Source: Candidatus Saccharimonadota bacterium
Lineage (GTDB): Bacteria; Patescibacteriota; Saccharimonadia; Saccharimonadales; DTSZ01
Direction: 5' to 3'
DNA length: 64,000 bases
NCBI GenBank assembly: GCA_012965045.1
Contig: DTSZ01000001.1
Span: 92,937-156,936, forward strand
This document shows positions 37,970-45,701 of the stretch, piece after piece; position 1 is the stretch's first letter, and every line of letters begins with the position of its first letter. A program made the translations under genes and the position numbers. Under the pieces are notes generated by a model. The model was not told the origin of the DNA. It saw only the letters and a list, made by a program, of their open reading frames with translations, and ran no database searches.

Positions 37970-38626
37970 TCATTTATTAACTTCTTTGTAGTTTCTTTCT
38001 TCGATTCCTTCTAAATCATAATTTCCGTGCTGAGTTCTTTTTAAATCTAAAACCTCATATCCCGTGTGAGCGAAGGTTCGGCGGATTTGGCGGTTTTTTC
38101 CTTGGCGCATTTCAATTGTCCACTTTTTGCCAGAGCCGGAAAGTCCGAGTTTACTTATACCATCCTTTAGATTTATACCATCTATGATTTTTTTCTGATC
38201 ATCTTCGGACAGTGCTTTATGGAGTTCTACTTCATACACACGTTTTATCTCATATTTGGGATGTGTTAATTGTTGTAGCCATTGACCATCATTCGTTAGC
38301 AGTACAAGCCCATGAGAATCTACGTCTAATCGACCGACATAATTTAGGTTTTGTAGTTCTTTTGGAAGCAATTGGTACATACTTGGGTTTTTACCTTCTG
38401 GATTTTTGCTACATTCATAGCCAACGGGCTTATTAAATGCAAAGTATTTTAAAGTCACCGGGGCTAATACTTCCCCATCAATCTTAATTTCATCTTTTTT
38501 ATCAACCTTAGCGCCCAACATAGCCACAGCACCGTTAATTTGAACGCGCCCAGCCTTAATAAGTTCACTGGCCTTACGGCGTGAATATTGGCTTCGTTCT
38601 GCTACGGCGGCATTAAGGGATTGCAT
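37970..38626 (-). CDS. pseudouridine synthase, RsuA/RluB family
   Basis: N-terminal S4 domain (SRRKASELIKAGRVQING) and the catalytic motif VGRLDVDSHGLVLLTNDG. Confidence 0.85.
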   Translation of the reverse strand: MQSLNAAVAERSQYSRRKASELIKAGRVQINGAVAMLGAKVDKKDEIKIDGEVLAPVTLKYFAFNKPVGYECSKNPEGKNPSMYQLLPKELQNLNYVGRLDVDSHGLVLLTNDGQWLQQLTHPKYEIKRVYEVELHKALSEDDQKKIIDGINLKDGISKLGLSGSGKKWTIEMRQGKNRQIRRTFAHTGYEVLDLKRTQHGNYDLEGIEERNYKEVNK

Positions 38627-38701
38627 GAACTAATAGTAGAAGGTGAAAGGTAAAAAGTACAAAGTAATGGCTAAATTAATAATATTCTAAGAGAATACTA
38701 T

Positions 38702-38722
38702 GTTCGTCTATCTGTCATCTTC
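38702..38722 (-). repeat. purine-rich intergenic motif, degenerate copy (GAAGATGACAGATAGACGAAC on the minus strand)
   Basis: It has 3 mismatches to GAAGATGGAAGATAGAAGAA and is preceded by ATATA. It lies between the PA-tail regulator gene and the pseudouridine synthase gene. Confidence 0.45.
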
Positions 38723-38740
38723 TATATTCTGACTACTAAC

Positions 38741-40291
38741 TTATAGCGCTATATCGTGTGGGTTTACGTCGTCAGATGCAGCTGTTTCCTGCTGCTGATT
38801 TGCGGCCTCTGGTGCTGGTGCTTGTTCACTAGGTGGTGCTTGTGGTTGCGGCTGAGAATCTGCTGGCGCTTGAGCTGCTGTTTCGGTTGGTGTTGCTTCA
38901 GGCACTGGAGGTGTAGCTGGATCTGCTACAGGCTGTGGCGCTGGCGCAGGAGCTGCTGGTGCTGGCTCTGGATGAGCGATATCAGTAGTGTCTGGTTCAA
39001 TTTGTTCAGCTGGCTCTGGGGCAGGCTGTGGTTCTGGGGCTTGGGGAGTTGTTTGCTCTGGCTCTGCTGCGGGCGCAGGTTGAGCTGGCTCTGGGGCAGG
39101 TGTTGTAGGCTCAGTAGGTTGTGGGGCTTCCGTAGCGTCTTGCGCAGCTTGAATAAAGCCTTCAGCAGTGGTTTCTTGGCTGTCTTGTAGTGCCTGTTCG
39201 ACGGCTTGTTCTGCGCTTTCAAGCGCTTCTGGAGCAGCTGTAGCATTATTTTCGGTTTGAGCTGGTTCTTCGGCTGCTCCCTCATTTTGTGAGCTAGAAT
39301 CGGCTGGCTGGTCAAGGTCGGCTGCAGCGTCGCTAATTGTTTCTTGAGGAATATCGACATCGGCAACTGCCAAATTATCGAGTTGGGGGCTTGTTGTTTG
39401 CTCGCTTGCATTAGCAGCTTGTGGTTCCGGTTCAATGCTAGTTGTTGGCGGTTCGCTGTCCTGAACTTGATCGTCGTCCGCAGGAGTTGGCGTGACGATT
39501 ACTGGAGCTGGAGGTACTTGTGTAGTTGGCTCTGGAACACTCGCTACAGGAGCTGGAGCTGGCTCGGGTGCAGGTGGTGGTGCAGGCGCAGGAGGCGTTG
39601 CAGGTTGTGGAGCTGGAGCACTCGTTGGTACAGGTGTAGGCGGTGTAGCAGGTTGCGGAGCCGCTGTTGGCTGAGTTGGAGGCGCTGGAGCAGGTGCAGG
39701 TGGTGGTGTTGCCACTTCTGCAGGAGCTGGTTGTGGGCTGGCTTGTGGTTCTGGTGGTGTGGCAGGTGCTGGAGCTTCAGCGACCGGTGGTGCGGCCGCA
39801 ACTGGGACTTGATCGCTGGTGTCAGAAACTGGTAGATTTGGCAATTCAATATCAGCTTGTGGCTGAGCAACGTCGCTAGCCGATGGTGCAGCTGACTCAT
39901 CGTTGCCTTTATCTGGTGCTGGACCTTGAGATAATAGTTCATTTACGTTACTTACGATGTCTGGAATAGTTACCTGTGATTTAACAAGGTATCTGTCAGC
40001 GCCAAGTCGTTCACCGCGCTCTTTGTCGCTTTGTTGACTTAGGGCTGTCATCATCATGATTCGGGCATTTTTTGCTTCTGGAGTTGAACGGAGAATATCA
40101 AGAACATCGAAGCCGCTGATTTTAGGCATCATGACGTCTAAAATAATTAGTTCTGGCTTTTCTTTTACGGCAACTGCGAGGGCTTCTTCACCATCGGCAG
40201 CAGCAACAACCTCGTGGCCTTCGGCTACGAGTGCGTCGGTATATATTTCTCTTAAATTATTGTCGTCTTCAACGACCATTACTTTTGACAT
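38741..40291 (-). CDS. response regulator receiver domain fused to an approximately 390-aa Pro/Ala/Gln/Glu/Thr-rich low-complexity tail
   Basis: The REC domain covers aa 1-120 (VVEDD, LIILDVMMPKISG, MMTA, YLVKS). The remainder is compositionally biased (PAPAPAPP.., EPQPAPEP..) with no recognisable output domain. Confidence 0.8.
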   Translation of the reverse strand: MSKVMVVEDDNNLREIYTDALVAEGHEVVAAADGEEALAVAVKEKPELIILDVMMPKISGFDVLDILRSTPEAKNARIMMMTALSQQSDKERGERLGADRYLVKSQVTIPDIVSNVNELLSQGPAPDKGNDESAAPSASDVAQPQADIELPNLPVSDTSDQVPVAAAPPVAEAPAPATPPEPQASPQPAPAEVATPPPAPAPAPPTQPTAAPQPATPPTPVPTSAPAPQPATPPAPAPPPAPEPAPAPVASVPEPTTQVPPAPVIVTPTPADDDQVQDSEPPTTSIEPEPQAANASEQTTSPQLDNLAVADVDIPQETISDAAADLDQPADSSSQNEGAAEEPAQTENNATAAPEALESAEQAVEQALQDSQETTAEGFIQAAQDATEAPQPTEPTTPAPEPAQPAPAAEPEQTTPQAPEPQPAPEPAEQIEPDTTDIAHPEPAPAAPAPAPQPVADPATPPVPEATPTETAAQAPADSQPQPQAPPSEQAPAPEAANQQQETAASDDVNPHDIAL

Positions 40292-40334
40292 CTTGCCCCT
40301 ATTCTAACTCATAATACTTATGCTAACCACCCTT

Positions 40335-42065
40335 TTATAACCTGCCTTCTAACTCTAGTGGTTTAACCTGTCCTTCTTCTTGCTGTTTTAATTGAGCGGC
40401 TCTGTCGGCATCCAGTCGCGGTAAATTAATGTAGAATGTGCTGCCTTCGCCTAATTTACTTTCGACCCAAATTCTTCCTTTGTACATTTCAACAATATTC
40501 TTAGAAATAAACAAACCTAACCCAGTGCCGCCAATGGCACGCGTGTTAGAGTTGTCGACCCGGTAGAATTTTTGAAACAGGTGCTGAATGTCTTCTTCGG
40601 GTATGCCGTAGCCAGTGTCGCGGACGCTGATTTGAATATAGTCTGGCATGGCTCGTAAACCAACTGTCACGCTGCCGTCCTCGGTAAACTTAACGGCGTT
40701 GTTGATTAGGTTGGTAATAACTTCGCGAATCCGTTCCTCGTCTACATGAATGTACATCAACGGAACAATGGTGTTTTCTCCGTGTGAACCAGACGAGTCG
40801 CCGGCCACCGCGTAGTTAAGTTTTAGGCCTTTCTTTTCAACACTAAAGCGAGCGTCCTCGGTGAGTTGAGTAAGTAGTTGATGAATATCGATAACTTTGG
40901 GGTGGTTTTCTAGTCTGCCATCCTCGCTTTTTGCAGCGGCTAATAAGTCTTTAAATAACTGGCCTAGGTGCTCGGTTGATTCGTGAGCTTTTTCTAGGTA
41001 ATTACGAGCTTTACTGTCGATTTTGGCTACTTTTTCGTTTAAGGCAAGGGCTAGGTAGCCCTCGATAGCTGCAACTGGGGTGCGCATTTCGTGGCTGGCG
41101 GTCGAAATAAACTCTGCTCGCTGTCGCTCAGCTTGGCGGGCCGCACTTACGTCCCTAAAGACTGCAACAACACCTTGTTTTACGTTGGCCGCACTAATTA
41201 ACGACACCGACAGCGACAGTTCCACGGTTTTTTTACTTGCAGTCGTAAGGTTTATCGATTCATACTTTTGGCCACTTGACGAGTCTAAGGCCTTTACAAT
41301 GGGGTGTTCATTGCGCGGTAGTTCGCTAAATTGCCCTTCCCCTGCTGGAGTGACAAATTTCAAGACACTGGTCACGTCTAGCCCCGTGGCGTCTTCTTGT
41401 TTCCAGCCAGTAATGTTGTGTGCAGCTGGGTTAAAAATAACTATTTGCCCAGCGTTATTAACCACAATCACTCCGTCGGCAATCGAGTTAATAACAATTT
41501 CAGACTTTAGTTGCTCGGCCTGCAGTTCGGTGTTGGCATGCTCTATGGTTTTACCGCCTACATGCTCCCAACTAAAGTACGAAATCATGGCCATAAGTAA
41601 ATTAGCAGTTGAATATATGGCCGTTGCTGCGGTTGCGGTGCTGTTTTGCAATAATCCATCTGGAGCTGTCACTAAGTAGACCAAAATTACACCAAGCGTC
41701 ACCAGCAGCGATTTTATGCCAAATGCGCCAGAGAAAAATATAAGCACCGACCATATAAACAGCCATACAGAGGTAATACCACCGCTAATATGGATTAATA
41801 GCAGGCTAGCCATGCCGCTAAGTACCAGTGTTACCAGCGACGAAAGCACAGGTTTTAGCTTTTTGCGCTCTAAAAAATACAACCCAAACGCTTGCACGCA
41901 CACCACAGCAAAACCAGCTACTGCTACATTGGTGAGACCTAATACTTCTGTGGAGTCAACAATCCCAAAAACTTTAAAAACAACAAAACTAAGCGCAATT
42001 AGAAGCGCACCCACCCCTAATGCAAAATTTATTCGGCTATACCAGATGTCAGGAACTTTTTGCAT
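40335..42065 (-). CDS. sensor histidine kinase with polytopic N-terminal membrane domain and PAS domain
   Basis: About 5-6 TM helices, then a PAS-like region (ADGVIVVNNAGQIVIFNPAAHNITGW). H-box STASHEMRTPV, N-box NNAVKFT, and GTGLGLFISK. Confidence 0.85.
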   Translation of the reverse strand: MQKVPDIWYSRINFALGVGALLIALSFVVFKVFGIVDSTEVLGLTNVAVAGFAVVCVQAFGLYFLERKKLKPVLSSLVTLVLSGMASLLLIHISGGITSVWLFIWSVLIFFSGAFGIKSLLVTLGVILVYLVTAPDGLLQNSTATAATAIYSTANLLMAMISYFSWEHVGGKTIEHANTELQAEQLKSEIVINSIADGVIVVNNAGQIVIFNPAAHNITGWKQEDATGLDVTSVLKFVTPAGEGQFSELPRNEHPIVKALDSSSGQKYESINLTTASKKTVELSLSVSLISAANVKQGVVAVFRDVSAARQAERQRAEFISTASHEMRTPVAAIEGYLALALNEKVAKIDSKARNYLEKAHESTEHLGQLFKDLLAAAKSEDGRLENHPKVIDIHQLLTQLTEDARFSVEKKGLKLNYAVAGDSSGSHGENTIVPLMYIHVDEERIREVITNLINNAVKFTEDGSVTVGLRAMPDYIQISVRDTGYGIPEEDIQHLFQKFYRVDNSNTRAIGGTGLGLFISKNIVEMYKGRIWVESKLGEGSTFYINLPRLDADRAAQLKQQEEGQVKPLELEGRL

Positions 42066-42341
42066 GAATCATTTCCGTTGCTGTTTATTATGCTCGTGTT
42101 TGGCTTTTTTACCAAATACCAACAGCTCAAAATTGTTGATTTTTTAATCAAATTAGTGCATAATATATACGATTTTGAGACCCTGTCTCAAAAGGACTTT
42201 GATAAGTAGGTTTAGCATAAGGTGAGACGCAAGATTGCTCTTTGGAAGTAATTTAGCGCCTCATCTTGTGTGTTTATAGAAAAACACAGCATGTAGTTAA
42301 ACATGTGCATAGTGCCAAGTTGCTGGAGAAAGCACAACAAA

Positions 42342-42665
42342 ATGGCTGACAAGTCTAAGTATGAAATCACCGAACACGACGACGGCAGATTGACTGTCGT
42401 TGCTCCTGCGGGCGCGGATGTCAACGTTCGCATTGACTGGAGTGGTGCCGTCATCGTGACGCTCACGCCGCAGGAGACCGGCCTGAAGCAAGCACTGGGG
42501 GCCGACTTCTTCGATATTTCCGAGGAGCTGCTGCAGAACAGTCCTCCCCTTCGACCCAACCACCCCGAAGACAAGCGGCCAGGAGAGGTCTACTTGAAGA
42601 AGGAGAACGTCTCTGTAGAGCCGCCGGAATCTAGCCTCCCCCATCGGCACAGGATGTCCTACTAG
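42342..42665 (+). CDS. hypothetical protein encoded in a high-GC (about 59%) patch
   Basis: The plus-strand frame shows strong GC3 bias (gac gac ggc..gtc gcg ggc gcg). ATG 42342 is preceded by GGAGAAAG. The two overlapping minus-strand ORFs are typical high-GC shadows. Confidence 0.45.
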   Translation: MADKSKYEITEHDDGRLTVVAPAGADVNVRIDWSGAVIVTLTPQETGLKQALGADFFDISEELLQNSPPLRPNHPEDKRPGEVYLKKENVSVEPPESSLPHRHRMSY

Positions 42666-42972
42666 CCAGCTACACGAGTGATAGGTAGACATGAATATAG
42701 AACGTATACATGGCTGGTGCACTCTCGCACATTTCTACCCCGCCCTGTTTTTCTATATTGATGCCTACTTATCACTCTTATTCCATAAATGCGGATTTAT
42801 GCTGACGAGTTCAAAAGAACGAAAATAAGAGTATAAAGACCGCTCCACGTGTTAAGTTGCGAGTTGCTAACTGCGCAAAGTGCTGTTTATTCCCTCGGAG
42901 TTTTTAAAACCAAGAAAATCCGTTATATCTAGAATATCCCCGAGCAAAACGGTATATTATTGTAAACATCAT

Positions 42973-43047
42973 GGCCCCATCGTCTAACGGTTAGGACACC
43001 AGATTCTCAATCTGGTAATAGGAGTTCGATTCTCCTTGGGGTCACCA
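42973..43047 (+). tRNA. tRNA-Glu (anticodon CUC), CCA encoded
   Basis: Hand-folded cloverleaf: acceptor GGCCCCA/TGGGGTC, D arm GTCT/GGAC, anticodon stem CCAGA/TCTGG with loop TTCTCAA, T arm AGGAG-TTCGATT-CTCCT, and discriminator A followed by CCA. Confidence 0.9.
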
Positions 43048-43052
43048 ACTAA

Positions 43053-43079
43053 AAAACCTGCCATTTGGCGGGTTTTTTA
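43053..43079 (+). terminator. rho-independent terminator after tRNA-Glu
   Basis: AACCTGCC-ATTT-GGCGGGTT hairpin followed by a T6 run. Confidence 0.7.
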
Positions 43080-43102
43080 GTTGAGCGATTCTTCAGGAGA
43101 AG

Positions 43103-43250
43103 CGAACTCCGTATAAGCGGCCATTAGGCTGCGCGGAGTTCAGATAACAACGAGCACGCGCAGAAGCTACCTCCTAGTTTCGAGCATGTGAGGCAGTTAT
43201 ACAAAGTATTCTCCCCTGCCTACCGGCAGGCAGGTTGGGGTCACCAATTT
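43103..43250 (+). repeat. repeat unit A (uninterrupted copy), ending in a 13-nt copy of the tRNA-Glu 3' end
   Basis: It contains GAACTCCG..CGGAGTTCAGATAACAAC, CATGTGAGGCAGTTATACAAAGTATTC, a CCTGCC/GGCAGG hairpin, and then TTGGGGTCACCAA (43235..43247). That last segment is identical to tRNA positions 43036..43048. A second terminator-like hairpin follows. Confidence 0.65.
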
Positions 43251-43655
43251 AAGATCCGCTCGAAAGGGCGGTTTTTAAATTGGTAAGCTTTAATGCGAAA
43301 CGAACTCCGCAAAATGCGTTATTACCTCTTTTATTACTTGAGAAACAGTAATTGTATAAAAAAGGATGCTGGCTGCGAAACAAAGACAAAGTGAAGCAGT
43401 GTGTAGTTTCTTTACTATCCCATAAGTTAGCCAATGATTTTACCGATTTTAGTGTAAGGATACGCAAGTATCTTGTGTGAGAAAATGGCGTTAGAGGTTG
43501 TGAAATCTGGAGAAAAATCGTAAGAAGAGTAGCCCAGTAACAATATCGGTTGAATAGCGAACCGACTTTTAATGCCTTCTGGGTACATTTAGAGACGGCT
43601 AGAGCGATTTTTAGACTATAATCTAAGGTAATATCCTTATGATATTATTTATGAT

Positions 43656-44852
43656 ATGGATGAAAATAAAAACAATGAAAATAAAATAATCCAGTCATTT
43701 GATCCACAGTCGAATACTCAGCAATCCGTTGAAGTTAATCAGTCTACTAATACTCCTCTTTCAAGCCCAGCCTCAAGCAGTCAATTTAACCAGTATCAGA
43801 ATAATAAACCTTCAAAATGGCGTTATTTCTTCGTAGTATTAGGAATATTGCAAGCATTGGGTGTTGCAGTATTTTTCTTAATAATGTTTTGGGCTATACA
43901 GCAAGCTAAGGTAGGAGTTTCAGGTACTGAATATGTTGGCTTAATTCTCTTCGTGACTCTTGTACCTGCCGTTGGAGTAATTGCTTTAATAAATCTAATA
44001 AGCTTACCGATATACATGAGGAAATTCAAACCACGTGGTAAGGGGTTCTTGCTGGCTGTCGTTTCGCTGATCATATCAGTAATATTATTTATGTATGGAG
44101 CATACAGTGTATACCAATTAAGAGTTGCGGCTCCTAGACAGTATGAAGAGTTCAGTGAGCAACTGAAGAAAGATTCGGAACAAAGGGAACAGGAGTTCGC
44201 CGTAGATAATGCAAATCCAGAAATAACTAAAGAAGAAGCAATAACATTAATACAAAGCTGTAAGTTAAAGGGTTTCTACTATACAAAGGAAACCGAAAAA
44301 GAGCATGGGACATCACCTGCTATATCAGCAACTGGTATTGTTCTGACTAAAATAGATGGAGAACCTTACAGAATCAGTATCGCTGATAGTCTAGTAGACG
44401 AACTGGTACCTATTGCTCGAGAAGCTCAAAAAACGTGTGGCGGTCCTCAATTTTGGCATGACGGTAGGTACGAACAGTTCAAAGATGGTAGTTGGTATTT
44501 CAAGGGTGAGGTTGTGAATAGTACGCAATCTGGTAAAACTAAAGAAGAAGCTATTAGTTTCATGCAGGATTGTAAGGCGGACTATTTTGTTGGCTACACT
44601 GATATAGGACTTGTGAAGGACAGTAATACTAAATCGTGGCTGGAGAAAGCCGAACAGTCAAGTAGCGGTATAGAAATATCTGAAGGACCAACGTCTTATG
44701 TATTCGCATCAACGTCAATGACTACAGAACTACAGGATACGGCAAGGCAGTTTCGACAGTCTTGTTACAACACTAAAAAGCTGTATGTAACAATAGATGA
44801 CTGGATAGAGACTGAATATCCAGCGGGCCAATGGACTAGAGTAAAACAATAA
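43656..44852 (+). CDS. hypothetical membrane protein with duplicated C-terminal Cys-containing domain
   Basis: 398 aa with a Q/N/S-rich N-terminus and 4 TM helices. Two related soluble repeats follow (TKEEAITLIQSCKLKGFYYT.. and TKEEAISFMQDCKADYFVGYT..). Confidence 0.5.
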   Translation: MDENKNNENKIIQSFDPQSNTQQSVEVNQSTNTPLSSPASSSQFNQYQNNKPSKWRYFFVVLGILQALGVAVFFLIMFWAIQQAKVGVSGTEYVGLILFVTLVPAVGVIALINLISLPIYMRKFKPRGKGFLLAVVSLIISVILFMYGAYSVYQLRVAAPRQYEEFSEQLKKDSEQREQEFAVDNANPEITKEEAITLIQSCKLKGFYYTKETEKEHGTSPAISATGIVLTKIDGEPYRISIADSLVDELVPIAREAQKTCGGPQFWHDGRYEQFKDGSWYFKGEVVNSTQSGKTKEEAISFMQDCKADYFVGYTDIGLVKDSNTKSWLEKAEQSSSGIEISEGPTSYVFASTSMTTELQDTARQFRQSCYNTKKLYVTIDDWIETEYPAGQWTRVKQ

Positions 44853-45011
44853 AACCCAACCGAAAATACAACAATAGAATAGTCGGTAGTAGTTCTACTC
44901 TAAGCGGAAATGCATCCTGCTACTGTTGTCGCCCTCATATAGTTGTATACCTCAGGTAATTCAGTACAGATTACGTTCGATTTCGACTTCACATAGGTCA
45001 CTATGAAAGCG

Positions 45012-45034
45012 CCCAGCCTTGTGCTGGGTTTTTT
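45012..45034 (+). terminator. rho-independent terminator
   Basis: CCCAGC-CTTGT-GCTGGG hairpin followed by TTTTTT. Confidence 0.6.
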
Positions 45035-45054
45035 CATGATGGATTTCGTTGATG

Positions 45055-45105
45055 AAATCTCGAACTCTAGAGTTCAGATAGCAACAACCACGCACAGAAC
45101 CAAAT
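45055..45105 (+). repeat. repeat unit B, left part
   Basis: GAACTCTAGAGTTCAGATAGCAACAACCACGCACAGAACC aligns with 43122..43166 of unit A. Confidence 0.55.
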
Positions 45106-45197
45106 CCCCGAGTCTATACATTTTTCTGATATTCTTAAACGAATGAATACATCAAGCAATAAAAACAAATCACTTAAACCAGAAAGAACCTTATAAT

Positions 45198-45560
45198 TTG
45201 AAAGCTCATAAACTGTCCAAATGGGGCCTGTTCTTTATTAGCATGAGTGTCTTGCAACTTTTAGGAATTATTTCTTACTATGTTACGGGGTTTTTATTTA
45301 AGCAACAGTTTGGGTCTGACAATTCATCAACCCCGTTTAACACCGACGATTTATTTATCTTGATGTTTGGAACTATTGTCCCGGCTGTGTTTTATATTTC
45401 ACTAATGAATATAGTTGGGCTTCTGATTTATGAAAGTAAACATAAATCAGAAGGTATCCGATCTGTTGCGATTATGCTTTCTTTTATTTTTTCTTTAATT
45501 CTCTGTTTATTGGCATCTCTCTTTTTGCGCGAGACGAGGTTTTTGTTTTTCTTCCCCTAA
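45198..45560 (+). CDS. small membrane protein, truncated paralogue of the TM region of 43656..44852
   Basis: TTG start, 120 aa. It shares SKW..FF..LQ.LG...VPAV...N...L.IY..K.K..G....S.IL with the larger protein and lacks the soluble repeats. Confidence 0.45.
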   Translation: MKAHKLSKWGLFFISMSVLQLLGIISYYVTGFLFKQQFGSDNSSTPFNTDDLFILMFGTIVPAVFYISLMNIVGLLIYESKHKSEGIRSVAIMLSFIFSLILCLLASLFLRETRFLFFFP

Positions 45561-45576
45561 GGACGCACAGTCTTGC

Positions 45577-45683
45577 GAACGATCAACCATGTGAGGCAGT
45601 TCTACAAAGTATTCCCCATCTAGATTTCAGGTATTCAAGCAAGCAGCACGATGCCTGCCTGTCGCCAGGCGGGTCGGGGTCTT
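45577..45683 (+). repeat. repeat unit B, right part, ending in a degenerate tRNA-3'-end echo
   Basis: CATGTGAGGCAGTTCTACAAAGTATTCCCC (45588..) aligns with 43185.. of unit A. It is followed by the hairpin CCTGCCTG/CAGGCGGG and TCGGGGTC (45674..45681). Confidence 0.55.
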
Positions 45684-45701
45684 GTCGACTATGCAAGGGG
45701 T

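Noticed and set aside
38756-39942. Six ORFs of 60-169 aa on both strands inside the Pro/Ala-rich tail region (38756..39190, 38926..39435, 39344..39835, 39492..39674, 39544..39942, 39667..39879).
   Set aside because: They are shadows of the GC-rich, low-complexity repeat DNA. Their products are themselves low-complexity (W/C/R- or L/Q/H-rich). The minus-strand frame continuous with a canonical receiver domain explains the region.
42212-42722. Two overlapping minus-strand ORFs (120 and 141 aa) in the high-GC patch.
   Set aside because: Open frames on all strands are expected at about 59% GC. Only the plus-strand frame shows third-position GC enrichment and a plausible ribosome-binding site, so the minus-strand ORFs were treated as shadows.
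42676-42780. A 13-nt inverted repeat (GAGTGATAGGTAG at 42676 and CTACTTATCACTC at 42768, 12 of 13 complementary) as the ends of a miniature mobile element.
   Set aside because: It is a single occurrence, with no target-site duplication visible and no second copy in the window. It may simply be a long hairpin downstream of the high-GC ORF.
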